A stretch of 64,000 nt of DNA, taken from Verrucomicrobiota bacterium (GTDB lineage Bacteria; Chlamydiota; Chlamydiia; Chlamydiales; 2-12-FULL-49-11). Positions 46,117 to 55,637 of this stretch are shown one piece after another (position 1 is the first letter of the stretch; each line of letters starts with the position of its first letter). Made by a program: the position numbers and the translations under genes. Below the pieces are notes generated by a model. The model did no database searches, was not told the DNA's origin, and was given only the letters and a program-made list of their open reading frames with translations. The stretch spans positions 1,804 through 65,803 of the forward strand of contig JAFEGE010000065.1 of the NCBI GenBank assembly GCA_018240105.1. The letters are read 5' to 3'.

Positions 46117-47263
46117 GGGCACAAAAGTAGAAGAAGATCTCTCTAAAGCAAAAAAAATACTTGTCACTATCTTCAAGTACCATGGCGATGTCCTCCTCAC
46201 CTCCCCCGTCTACACAGCATTACGCGCACACTTTCCAAACGCTCTCATCGATGTGATGCTCTTTAAAGATACAGCTCCCATGCTAGAGGGACATCCAGCT
46301 ATCACAAATCTTATCTATTTCGATCAAACGATTCGAAAGACCTCTTTTATAAAACGGATCTGCTATGAGCTATCGCTTTGGCGTAAGGTTCGTAAAGCGA
46401 AATACGACATAGCGATCAACATGACCTCTGGCGATCGAGGGGCTCTGATCGCAAAAATTTCAAAGGCAAAACTTCGGATCGGCTTTGAGTCTTTTGGCGG
46501 GATGAAACAAAAAGACTCTTTTTTTTCTACGATCCTTCGTATCACAAAAACGCCAAGACACATTGTCGAGCGAAACTTAGATGTGGTAAGAGCATTAAAG
46601 ATCAACCCAAGACAAGAAGAAAAAAGGCTTACCTTCTTTATCCCCGAAGCCTCAAAAAATAGAGTCGCCTCTCTTCTCCCCTTTTCTTCTTATATTCTAA
46701 TCCACCCCTCTTCCAGAACCTCTTTTAAAAATTGGCCTACTTCCCATTTTACAGATCTTATTAGAGGGTTACGAGAAAAAGGCTACAACATTGTTATCTC
46801 TGGAGGGCCAAGTCAAGAAGAGGCCTCTATTATTGAAGAGATTTTAGCCCCTCTACAAGATCCCACCATCCTCAATCTACAAGGTAAACTCTCTTTAAAA
46901 GAGCTTGGAGCCCTTATAGAAAAAACTCTTCTTTTAATCAGCGTAGACTCTGTACCACCTCATATCGCCTCTGCTCTACAAAAGCCCGCTCTCATTCTCT
47001 TTGGACCCTCTGATGATCTAAAATGGGGCCCTTGGATGAACCCTTTAGCAGAAATTCTTCGTTTTGACACACCCTGTAAAAGGTGCGATGATGAAGGGTG
47101 TGGCGGCTCTTGGGTCTCCGATTGCCTACAAAAACTTACCCCCGCTATGGCAATGGACAAAATAGAGACGATGCTCTTACAAGAGCCTCTTTTCCATCAA
47201 AGTAAGCTCTTCTTCGAGCTCCCTCGGAAAGCGCTCCCCAAAGATAGCGAAGTACTCTCTTAG
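46103..47263 (+). CDS. glycosyltransferase family 9 (heptosyltransferase-like)
   Basis: ILVTIFKYHGDVLLTSPV N-terminal GT9 pattern and C-terminal LISVDSVPPHIASAL motif. The 3' end overlaps the convergent pckG by 87 nt. Confidence 0.75.
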   Translation: MRPPKGTKVEEDLSKAKKILVTIFKYHGDVLLTSPVYTALRAHFPNALIDVMLFKDTAPMLEGHPAITNLIYFDQTIRKTSFIKRICYELSLWRKVRKAKYDIAINMTSGDRGALIAKISKAKLRIGFESFGGMKQKDSFFSTILRITKTPRHIVERNLDVVRALKINPRQEEKRLTFFIPEASKNRVASLLPFSSYILIHPSSRTSFKNWPTSHFTDLIRGLREKGYNIVISGGPSQEEASIIEEILAPLQDPTILNLQGKLSLKELGALIEKTLLLISVDSVPPHIASALQKPALILFGPSDDLKWGPWMNPLAEILRFDTPCKRCDDEGCGGSWVSDCLQKLTPAMAMDKIETMLLQEPLFHQSKLFFELPRKALPKDSEVLS

Positions 47264-48937
47264 CTCTGCAATCTCTCTTAGATACGCCTTTTTATCGATA
47301 GAAAATAGCTTTTCATAAAGAGAACCCTCGACAGGAAACGCCTCTTTTTTAGGAAGAAGGCCAATCGGTGTCTCAATCGCCTCTTTCTCTCCCTCTAGGC
47401 GTTCAAAAATCCAAGCGAGTACCTTAGCGTTTTCTTTGTAGCCAGGCCAAATAAATCTACCATCTTCATCCTTCCTAAACCAATTAACGCTATAGATTTT
47501 TGGCAAAATTCTACTACCCTTGGCAAGGCTTAGCCAATGCGCAAAATAGTCTCCCATGTTATAGCCGCAGAAGGGAAGCATTGCAAAGGGGTCGTGTCGA
47601 AGCTCACCTACCTTTCCAACCGCTGCTGCCGTCTTTTCTGAAGAGAGGCTAGCTCCCATCAAAACCCCACCTCTCCAATCGCGTGCCTCCACAACTAGAG
47701 GAGTAAGAGAGGACCTTCTACCTCCAAAGAGAATCGCATCGATCGGGACTCCGTGAGGATTATCACTATTAGGATCTAAGATAGGACATCTCGTTTTGGA
47801 AACAGTAAAGCGCGCGTTTGGCTGAGCGGCCGCCTCTTTGCTGCTTTTATCCCACCTCTTACCATGCCAGTCGATAAGATCTTCTGGCGGCTCTTTTGTC
47901 ATACCCTCCCACCAGACGTCTTTGTCTTTCGTCTCTGCAACATTTGTAAAGAGCGTATCCTTTTCGATCATTTTCATAATGTGGGGGCTGATCGCCATAG
48001 AGGTCCCAGGAGCAATTCCAAAAAACCCCTGCTCTGGATTGATCGCATAGAGTCTGCCATCTTCTTTAAACCACATCCATGCGATATCATCGCCGACACA
48101 CTCTAATTTCCAACCGGGTAGATCCATTTGCAAGAGGGCTAAATTTGTTTTACCGCAGCCACTTGGAAAAGCGGCCGCAAAGTATCTCTTTTTCCCCTTA
48201 GGATTAGTAATGCCAATTATGAGCATGTGCTCTGCAAGACTCCCCTCTTCCTCTGCCATTTTGGAGGCAATTCTAAGAGCAAAACACTTCTTACCTAAAA
48301 GAGCATTACCACCGTAACCGCTACCAAAGGACCAAATCTCTCTCTCCTCTGGAAAGTGGGCGATCACTTTATAGGAGTTTGAGGGCCATGGCACATCTTC
48401 CTCTCCAGATAAAAGAGACCTACCCACAGAATGAACCCCTGCTACATAAGGAGCCCCCTCTTCTATAGCTAAAAGAGGCTCTTTGCCCGTAGTGGTCATG
48501 AGGTACATATTAGCAACGACGTAGGCTGAATCGGTAATCTCAACACCTAATTTAGAAAGAGGCGAGCCTTTTGGTCCCATACGGTAAGGAATGACATACA
48601 TCACTCTACCCTGCATACAGCCATTAAAGCGGCTATATAACTCCTCTTTCATCTTTGTTGGCTCTTGCCAGCGGTTATTCGGTCCCACCTCTTCACGCAC
48701 TTTGCTACAAATAAAGGTAACCTCTTCCAGGCGGGCGACATCATCAGGGGTTGAGCGGGCTAAAAAAGAATTTTCTCGAGAGAGTGGCTCTAAGGTTTTT
48801 TTTAGAACAAGCTCTTTTAAGAGCTCTTGATAGGCAAGAGGGGTGCCATCAAAAACAACAACGCTCTCAGGCTTTGTGAGCTCTCGGATCTTTTCAATAT
48901 AGGATGCGAGAGCGCTATCCGTTTTGTTAGAGGGCAA
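47177..48937 (-). CDS. pckG: phosphoenolpyruvate carboxykinase (GTP)
   Basis: FPSGCGKTN kinase-1a motif, GDDIAWM and NARFT motifs. 586 aa. Confidence 0.93.
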   Translation of the reverse strand: MPSNKTDSALASYIEKIRELTKPESVVVFDGTPLAYQELLKELVLKKTLEPLSRENSFLARSTPDDVARLEEVTFICSKVREEVGPNNRWQEPTKMKEELYSRFNGCMQGRVMYVIPYRMGPKGSPLSKLGVEITDSAYVVANMYLMTTTGKEPLLAIEEGAPYVAGVHSVGRSLLSGEEDVPWPSNSYKVIAHFPEEREIWSFGSGYGGNALLGKKCFALRIASKMAEEEGSLAEHMLIIGITNPKGKKRYFAAAFPSGCGKTNLALLQMDLPGWKLECVGDDIAWMWFKEDGRLYAINPEQGFFGIAPGTSMAISPHIMKMIEKDTLFTNVAETKDKDVWWEGMTKEPPEDLIDWHGKRWDKSSKEAAAQPNARFTVSKTRCPILDPNSDNPHGVPIDAILFGGRRSSLTPLVVEARDWRGGVLMGASLSSEKTAAAVGKVGELRHDPFAMLPFCGYNMGDYFAHWLSLAKGSRILPKIYSVNWFRKDEDGRFIWPGYKENAKVLAWIFERLEGEKEAIETPIGLLPKKEAFPVEGSLYEKLFSIDKKAYLREIAELREYFAIFGERFPRELEEELTLMEKRLL

Positions 48938-50018
48938 AATGCTTTTTCTTTTTAAAACGATCTAAATACTCTAAAGCTTTTCCTGTCCCGAGACAGACGG
49001 CTAAAAGAGGGTTCGGTGCAATGATTACAGGAAGCCCGCACTCTTTGATAAGGTATTTATCAAGTCCTTTCATGAGAGCGCCTCCGCCGGCAAGAACCAT
49101 GCCACGTTCGACAAGATCTGCTGCCAATTCAGGTGGACATTTTTCTAACGTAAGCTTGACGTTTTCTATAATCTGCTGGATTGGTTCTGCAAGACATTCA
49201 CGAATCTCAACCGAGTTGATACGCTTTGTGACAGGAAGCCCTGCTACCTGATCGCGTCCACGCACTTCCATTTCAAGTTCATTCTCTCCCAATGGGTACG
49301 CTGATCCTATTGTAATTTTGATCTCTTCCGCTGTTCTTGGACCGATCATGAGGTTGTAGGTACGTCTCATGTAATTGATAATACACTCATCAAACTCATC
49401 CCCTGCAATACGCAGCGAGCGAGACTCGACAATACCACCAAGAGAAATGATCGCAATCTCTGTTGTACCACCACCGATATCGACAATCATGCTAGCCGCA
49501 GGCTCATGGACCGGAAGATCAACACCGATCGCAGCTGCCATAGGCTCTTCTATCAAAATAACTTCTTGGGCACCTGCTCTAAGAGCGGAGTCTTCAACGG
49601 CACGCTTCTCTACCCCAGTAATACCAGAGGGCACCGCAATCAAAATCTTTGGTCTAAAAAGAGAGCGTGAAGGGGTGACTCTACGGATGAGCGCTTTTAA
49701 CATACCCTCAGCAATTTCAAAGTCCGCAATAACGCCATCTTTCATAGGTCTTACAGCATGAATCTTACGAGGCGTCTTACCAAGCATCGCTTTCGCCTTC
49801 TGCCCGACAGCAAGCACATCATTAGTTTGGGAATCAACCGCCACAACCGACGGCTCTGCAAGTACAATCCCTTTACCGCGTACATAGACAAGCGTATTAG
49901 CCGTGCCTAGATCTATACCGATATCGTTGCTAAACAAGCCCGCAACATCATTCCACTTATTTGTGACCGTTTTGCGAACAACGTTAAACCCTTTCTTAAT
50001 CAAGAGTGCTTCTTTCAT
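48927..50018 (-). CDS. mreB: rod shape-determining protein MreB
   Basis: [14 protein letters not shown]...[10 protein letters not shown] actin-fold phosphate motifs. Confidence 0.93.
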   Translation of the reverse strand: MKEALLIKKGFNVVRKTVTNKWNDVAGLFSNDIGIDLGTANTLVYVRGKGIVLAEPSVVAVDSQTNDVLAVGQKAKAMLGKTPRKIHAVRPMKDGVIADFEIAEGMLKALIRRVTPSRSLFRPKILIAVPSGITGVEKRAVEDSALRAGAQEVILIEEPMAAAIGVDLPVHEPAASMIVDIGGGTTEIAIISLGGIVESRSLRIAGDEFDECIINYMRRTYNLMIGPRTAEEIKITIGSAYPLGENELEMEVRGRDQVAGLPVTKRINSVEIRECLAEPIQQIIENVKLTLEKCPPELAADLVERGMVLAGGGALMKGLDKYLIKECGLPVIIAPNPLLAVCLGTGKALEYLDRFKKKKHFAL

Positions 50019-50116
50019 GAACCCATACCCTTTCTACAAAAATTCTCTAGCATACTGCCGTGCCATATGAAAATCCATAGTAGCTGAAGCTATCATTTCA
50101 CCATAGCCGAAAAATG

Positions 50117-50153
50117 CTATACCGGGAGTAATTCAAGAATCGGGAGCGGTATA
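50117..50153 (+). repeat. structured intergenic repeat, copy C (short form)
   Basis: ctataccgggagtaattcaagaatcggga aligns about 23/27 with the 5' arm of copy B and is joined directly to gcggtata (the 3' end of B). tataccg/cggtata stem. Confidence 0.5.
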
Positions 50154-50170
50154 AAAGGCAGCAGCGGCCC

Positions 50171-50644
50171 TTAATAACCTTCTCGAAGCAATTCTCTAAA
50201 TGCCTCTGAGCTGAACTCTAACCTCCCTCCTAATGCCGCTGGAATGCTAAGCATCCTTTTCGTGTCTCCTCCATATGGTCCCGTATCATTCGCAAGGCGT
50301 GAAAGGTTTGCTTCTTCACTACCTGCATAACGAAGACGTTCTTCTTCGGCCTCAGCTTGATCTCTCGTACTCATCCACAATTCATATACTTTAGTAGCGC
50401 CTCTAAAAACAGGGGGATAGCATGGATGATTGGGGTCTGCCTCTTTTGCTATTAAATGCGTCCAACGACGCTCGCTCCTTAATTGACGCTCGACATCTCT
50501 AAAACTTACTTCAGGGCGAGTCTCTAAATATTTCATTATCTGGGGGAAAATCAATGCAAGAGTTCTTGTGCCATCTGCTGTTGCAATATTCTCCCAATGG
50601 ACTTTGTGCTCCACAGGTCGGAATGAACTACTTATTGCTGCCAT
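50171..50644 (-). CDS. hypothetical protein, paralog 1 of a tandem pair (unknown family)
   Basis: 157 aa, MAAISS... Shares YLETRP, THLIAKxADPN, YPPxFR, KVYxL and YAGxEExNLxRL blocks with 51150..51575. AAGGAG RBS. Confidence 0.7.
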   Translation of the reverse strand: MAAISSSFRPVEHKVHWENIATADGTRTLALIFPQIMKYLETRPEVSFRDVERQLRSERRWTHLIAKEADPNHPCYPPVFRGATKVYELWMSTRDQAEAEEERLRYAGSEEANLSRLANDTGPYGGDTKRMLSIPAALGGRLEFSSEAFRELLREGY

Positions 50645-50722
50645 AACTTCTCCTTAATGATTTTTTAAAGATGGGAGAGAGCTTAGATTAGCCACTATAT
50701 TTTTGTCTACATACTGAAGTAA

Positions 50723-50886
50723 TAGACTTCTTTCGAAACTCGCTTTGTTTGGAAAAATGAACTATTTTTGAGCAGGTTTTCTAAGGAATTTTGAGAGCAT
50801 ATGTGTACATATGATCGAAAAAATTCTTAAAAAAGATGCCAAAAAAAGGCATTTTAACAAGCGAATGGGGTTTTGAAAGAAGTCTA
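50723..50886. mobile_element. MITE-like 164-bp insertion with about 16-bp terminal inverted repeats
   Basis: tagacttctttcgaaa (50723-50738) versus tttgaaagaagtcta (50872-50886). The segment is absent at the corresponding point of the paralogous leader (after ctgaagtaat at about 51660). AAT flanks both ends. No ORF inside. Confidence 0.55.
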
Positions 50887-51070
50887 ATATCAATAGACTT
50901 AAGAATCCCAGAGGTAAAGATCATTAAAGCAACTCTAGGGTTTTGCAAGAGGTCTATTAAAAGAGAGAGGGCAAATCTGCAGCCGACGCAGTAACGGCTG
51001 TTGTTAATTCTACAATCATCTTTGGTTGTAGCCCTTAGCCGAAAAATGCTAATTCCACTTCTCGCTCCTT

Positions 51071-51095
51071 AAGATAAGAACTTCTCTCTTATCTT
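51071..51095 (-). terminator. hairpin immediately downstream of paralog 2 (possible terminator)
   Basis: aagataaga-acttctc-tcttatctt, a perfect 9-bp stem. No clear U-run. Confidence 0.35.
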
Positions 51096-51149
51096 TAAAA
51101 CCATCCCGAGAACTCTTTAAAAGATGGCAGAGCCCCTCTGACATTAACT

Positions 51150-51575
51150 CTACGTCTCTGATAAAGCTCTTGAAATCCTGTCCTCAGCCGTTGTATCCAC
51201 TACGTATACGCCTGTCTCTTCTCTAAGCCGTAAAAGATTTTCTTCTTCAGTCCCTGCATAATAAATCCGTTCTTTCTTAGCTTTATCTGGAGTTGTCATG
51301 ATCACATACAATGAGTATACCTTAGCAATTGTTCTAAAAAAAGGAGGATACAGCTTATAGTTTGGATCTGCCGCTTTTGCGATTAAATGGGTGTAACAGC
51401 GATCTCGCCTTAATAGGAGTTCGATATCTGCAAAACCTAAGGCAGGGCGAGTCTCTAAATACCGCATTATCACAGCGAAAATATCTGTAGGGCACCTTGT
51501 TGCATCTACCCTTCTAATATCTTCCCAAAAGACGGTGTGTCTCTCAGGTGCAACTAAACTACTTATCGCTGCCAT
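51150..51575 (-). CDS. hypothetical protein, paralog 2 of a tandem pair (unknown family)
   Basis: 141 aa, MAAISS... About 45% identical by eye to 50171..50644. Conserved leader and RBS. Confidence 0.7.
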   Translation of the reverse strand: MAAISSLVAPERHTVFWEDIRRVDATRCPTDIFAVIMRYLETRPALGFADIELLLRRDRCYTHLIAKAADPNYKLYPPFFRTIAKVYSLYVIMTTPDKAKKERIYYAGTEEENLLRLREETGVYVVDTTAEDRISRALSET

Positions 51576-51859
51576 ACCTCTCTCCTTAATGAATTTTCAT
51601 AAAAATTGGAGAGAGCTTAGACTAGCCAGAACATTTTTGTCTACATACTGAAGTAATGCCCACAGACTTAAGAGCCCCAAAGTTAGAGATCTTTAAAGCA
51701 AGTCTAGGTTTCATATGAATGGAGAGAGATCAAGTCTGCAGCCGATATAGCAACCGCTGTTGACACTAGCAGTCTTAGGCGCTAGGAACCTTTTGTTAGT
51801 TCTACAGTCCCCATGAGTCGGAGACTGTAGCCTAAAGCCGATTCTTTCTTTTTAATTTT

Positions 51860-54800
51860 TTATGTCTTAAGAAGCTCTAATACATCTTCCCATGTCAACT
51901 TCGACATGACTTCCTCATCCGAGCTCACAACCTTCTTCACAATCCCGCGCTTACGCTTCTGCATCTCGACAATCTTCTCTTCGATCGTCCCGAGCGTGAC
52001 AAGTTTGTATACGGAGGTGTTTTGTTTTTGTCCCATACGATGGACTCGGTCGGTTGCTTGGTTTTCAACAGCCGGGTTCCACCAGAGGTCATAGTGAATG
52101 ACCGTGTCGGCACCCGTAAGGTTAAGACCGATACCACCGGCTTTGAGAGAGACAAGGAAGACAGAGAGGTTTGGATTCTCATTAAAGTCTTTGACGATCT
52201 CAAGACGGTTCTTGCTGCTACCATCGAGGTAGGAGAAGCGAATTCCTTTTTGCACAAAGTCTTCGCGCATAATCTGGAGCATCTTTGTGTATTGTGAGAA
52301 GATAACAGTTTTGTGACCACTCTCTATTAGAGTTTGTAGAAGCTCTAACATCATCTCGTACTTCGCAGAGTCGCCTTCATCGACTGCATCTTTAGCAAAG
52401 ATGGCCGGGTGACAGCAAATTTGCTTAAGTCGCGTAAGGGTTGCAAGAACGTGGATTTGTACTTTATCAAAGCCATCTCTTTCAACAAGCTTGGTAAGCT
52501 CATTACGGGCAGATTCAGCGTAGGTGCGATAAAGATCTTTTTGGATATCGGTAAGCTGGCAGTGGTAAACAAGTTCAGAGATCGGCGGTAGATCTTTAAG
52601 CACATCGCTCTTCATACGACGTAGAATGAATGGAGAGACTTTTTTACGTAGATACTCGAGGTTACTCTGCTGCGCAGAGCCACCTGTACGAATATATTTT
52701 TCTACGAAACGATCATAGGAGCTCAAAAAGCCCGGCATTAAGAAGTCAAAAAGACTCCATAGCTCATCGAGAGAGTTTTCAATCGGTGTACCTGAGAGAA
52801 TAAGACGATAATCGGCCTTTAACATTTTTACCGATTTAGCATTGCGGGTCCCTCTATTTTTAATATGCTGCGCCTCATCTAATATGACATAGTTAAATGT
52901 GGTAAGCATATACTGCTCAATATCTTTTTGCAGTAGACTGTAGGAGGTGATAAGGACATCATACTCCCCGGCTTTTGCGATTAATTTCTTACGCTGGCTT
53001 GGCACACCATCGACAACAAGGGCTTTAAATTTCTCATGGAACTTTGAAAGCTCTTCTTTCCAGTTGTATAAGAGTGATGTCGGGCAAACAACAAGAGAGG
53101 TCTTTGGCTTCACTTTGTGGTGCTGCGTTAAGGCACAAATTGCCTGAAGCGTCTTTCCAAGACCCATGTCATCGGCAAGGATACCGTTTAAATACATGAG
53201 ACGTAGGCGCTCTAACCACTGCACACCCTCTCTTTGGTAGGGCCTTAAGGTTGCTTTAATTTCATCGGGGATTAAAGAGAATTCAACAGGCTTATCTCCA
53301 AGCATTTGAGCTCTGATCTCTTGGAGTCTCTCTGTTGTTGAAAAGCTAACTGGCAGCCCTTCAAATTGCGCAGCATCAATATTGGCAAGACTCCAAAGCG
53401 GGCAAGAAAACTTATGATTTTCAAGTCTCTCTATTCCTAACTCATCAAAAAGTTGTGTCAAACGGCCAATTTTTTCGAGATCAAGAACTAAAATTTTCGG
53501 CATTCTAGAAGACTGTGTCGTATCTTTTTTATCTCTTTTCTTCTGTTCCAACTCTAAATAAGCTCTACGTGTGACAACACACTCCCATAGGCGCTCGAGT
53601 TTGATGCCATTTAGATCGCCATCGACTGTAAGTTCAATCTCATAAAGATCCATACGATCTGTGTGCGATAAAGAGAGCGTAAAGGTTGTTTTATCATAGA
53701 TAAACTGGTCTAAAAGATTTTGCGGACAGTGGAAGGTCACCTGCTTTTGATTGCGCGGGATGATCTCTGTCATAAACTCAACAATCTTCTTCTCTGTCTT
53801 AGCAACAAAGCTACCTGTTTCGCTTTGGTAAATAAAATCTTGGAAAAGATCCTCTAAGATCTTTCTTTCATCGACTAGATGGCGAGCCAAGATTCCCTCT
53901 TTTTGGATAAAAGAGGTGATATGTTTTAATTCCAAAAGCTCAGGGATGGCCGGGACTTCAAATTTATCGTATACAAATTTGATCGCAGCTTCGATCTCGC
54001 CATTAAGGTAAGAGAGATCGCAGATTGCTTTTAGAGGGCCAATGAATGGGATGGTATGAAACTTGTGGATACATTCGTGGTTTGAGACATCGGCGCATTT
54101 AGAGAGCTCAGGGAGAGAGTTTTCAACGAAAGTTCCAAAGAGAGGCTCCGGAATCGTGATCTCGCGCATTTCCATAAGCTGCATTAAGTGTTGGCGTGTA
54201 ATGCCTTCTTTAAAGCGATAATAGACGTGCTCATAGACCATGCCAGGATAAGCGCACTCAAAGAAGCGCACATCCTCTATCATAACAATTTTTTGATCCA
54301 CACTTATCGTTGGATTAATTAAAATTTTTGAGGCCGGTGGATCGATGTATTCAAGTCCCATATTAAAGATAGCTGGCGCAGTAGAGAATCGCATAGGCGC
54401 CTCTAAGCTCTCTTCGCAAATACAGGGTAAGAGAGGTAGCTCCTCTTCGACATCTTTAGCTCTTTGCCTTGGCAGATGCTCGCGGGCAACGGTAAACGAA
54501 GCGGCTAAAATAAGACCAAAGGACTTCATCTCCATAAAGGCGCTTCTCTGCCCACGCTCTGTCGTTGGCTTATCGTGGACGCGGCCATAATCGATCACAA
54601 TACGAACAAGCTCGCGCATCTCTTCGCGGAAAGACTCTAAAGTGAAAAGGTATCTTTTCCCCCCTATTAAAAGAGGCTCCTCATAACGGATACCGTCTAA
54701 AAAATCCTTTGCTGATGGGATATGGAGCGGCTTTGATCGTGAGGGAAGGCGGAGAGCAAACTGTAGCTCAACGATAGGGCGCATATTAGCCGTCGCCTCC

Positions 54801-55354
54801 GGGATAAAATAAATAATTGCTATTTCAGCACGGTCTACTTTTAACTCTTCTTTAGGCAAGAAGAAGGGTGATTTAGAAAGAATTTTTGAAGCGCTGACAT
54901 ACTCTTGCATTAACTCGCGCTGGTACTTCTCGTCTTGTCTTTTTTCTTCTTTAGAGACAGCCTCTTTTACAGCCTCAAATAATTCTTCCCTTTGCTCTTC
55001 ATCAAAGCCTGATGCTTCTGTTAAATCCGAAAGATTATGCTCTTTTGAGTATTGGACTAAAATCTCGCTAAGGTGTGCCTCTAAATAAAAAAGTAGAGCT
55101 GCTAAATGTTGGCAATCGTAATGGTAGGGGCAATTGCAGTCTGAGTCTATCGTTTCGCACTCTTGGCGATCGATCTCTATCTCGCTCTCATAGGTATTAT
55201 CGTACTGCCCCCCGATCTTAGCTGTGATTCTAAGGGTTGTGGCATCAAGATGGAGAATTTTAGCAGAGAATACCTTTTTTTCATCGAATAGTTGCTTGCC
55301 TTCACGCAATACGCCTTGAGAAAAGTCCTGCTTTAATTTTCGTACATTTAACAT
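51860..55354 (-). CDS. SWIM zinc-finger SNF2-family helicase
   Basis: N-terminal SWIM (CNCPYHYDCQHLAALLFYL). SNF2 ATPase motifs LADDMGLGKT, DEAQHIKN, SGTPIEN. Helicase-C QATDRVHRMGQ. 1164 aa. Confidence 0.92.
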   Translation of the reverse strand: MLNVRKLKQDFSQGVLREGKQLFDEKKVFSAKILHLDATTLRITAKIGGQYDNTYESEIEIDRQECETIDSDCNCPYHYDCQHLAALLFYLEAHLSEILVQYSKEHNLSDLTEASGFDEEQREELFEAVKEAVSKEEKRQDEKYQRELMQEYVSASKILSKSPFFLPKEELKVDRAEIAIIYFIPEATANMRPIVELQFALRLPSRSKPLHIPSAKDFLDGIRYEEPLLIGGKRYLFTLESFREEMRELVRIVIDYGRVHDKPTTERGQRSAFMEMKSFGLILAASFTVAREHLPRQRAKDVEEELPLLPCICEESLEAPMRFSTAPAIFNMGLEYIDPPASKILINPTISVDQKIVMIEDVRFFECAYPGMVYEHVYYRFKEGITRQHLMQLMEMREITIPEPLFGTFVENSLPELSKCADVSNHECIHKFHTIPFIGPLKAICDLSYLNGEIEAAIKFVYDKFEVPAIPELLELKHITSFIQKEGILARHLVDERKILEDLFQDFIYQSETGSFVAKTEKKIVEFMTEIIPRNQKQVTFHCPQNLLDQFIYDKTTFTLSLSHTDRMDLYEIELTVDGDLNGIKLERLWECVVTRRAYLELEQKKRDKKDTTQSSRMPKILVLDLEKIGRLTQLFDELGIERLENHKFSCPLWSLANIDAAQFEGLPVSFSTTERLQEIRAQMLGDKPVEFSLIPDEIKATLRPYQREGVQWLERLRLMYLNGILADDMGLGKTLQAICALTQHHKVKPKTSLVVCPTSLLYNWKEELSKFHEKFKALVVDGVPSQRKKLIAKAGEYDVLITSYSLLQKDIEQYMLTTFNYVILDEAQHIKNRGTRNAKSVKMLKADYRLILSGTPIENSLDELWSLFDFLMPGFLSSYDRFVEKYIRTGGSAQQSNLEYLRKKVSPFILRRMKSDVLKDLPPISELVYHCQLTDIQKDLYRTYAESARNELTKLVERDGFDKVQIHVLATLTRLKQICCHPAIFAKDAVDEGDSAKYEMMLELLQTLIESGHKTVIFSQYTKMLQIMREDFVQKGIRFSYLDGSSKNRLEIVKDFNENPNLSVFLVSLKAGGIGLNLTGADTVIHYDLWWNPAVENQATDRVHRMGQKQNTSVYKLVTLGTIEEKIVEMQKRKRGIVKKVVSSDEEVMSKLTWEDVLELLKT

Positions 55355-55542
55355 AATCTATCCTACTATACAACAGACCGGAGATAGGTCCAAGAAGTCG
55401 TGTATCATTTTCTACCTTCGCTTGCAAGATATATTTGAAAAACCCTGTTAAACTGCCCCTTTTGATTTTTAATTCTATCTTTATTGAAAAAAATAGCTTG
55501 TGAGAGTAGAATGGCCAGAGTCAATTTTCGAATCTTACTAAT

Positions 55543-55614
55543 GCGGGTGTAGCTCAGCGGTAGAGCATCACGTTGCCAACGTGAGGGTCGTGGGTTCAAA
55601 TCCCATTACCCGCT
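55543..55614 (+). tRNA. tRNA-Gly (anticodon GCC)
   Basis: gcgggtg-ta-gctcagcggtagagc-a-tcacg-ttgccaa-cgtga...gtgggttcaaatcccat-tacccgc-t. Confidence 0.9.
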
Positions 55615-55637
55615 AATTTTTATATAGAACGGATATT

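Larger units (their letters stand above)
50095..51850 (-). repeat. tandem duplication of a gene-plus-flanks module (two units)
   Basis: Unit boundaries are marked by agccgaaaaatgcta (50105, 51039), with agccgattc at 51836. Each unit has a ctgcagccga...cggctg hairpin, a ctaca(a/g)...tgtag hairpin, and the conserved leader ggagagagcttaga(t/c)tagcca...atttttgtctacatactgaagtaat. Confidence 0.7.

Noticed and set aside
51860-55354. SNF2 helicase as part of a phage-defence system (DISARM/Zorya-like)
   Set aside because: There is no methyltransferase, DUF1998, PLD or other partner gene nearby. A SWIM-SNF2 helicase of this architecture is a conserved chlamydial housekeeping-type gene.
55405-55599. 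64-aa minus ORF covering tRNA-Gly(GCC)
   Set aside because: It is antisense to a well-formed tRNA and to the tig upstream region, so I treat it as spurious.
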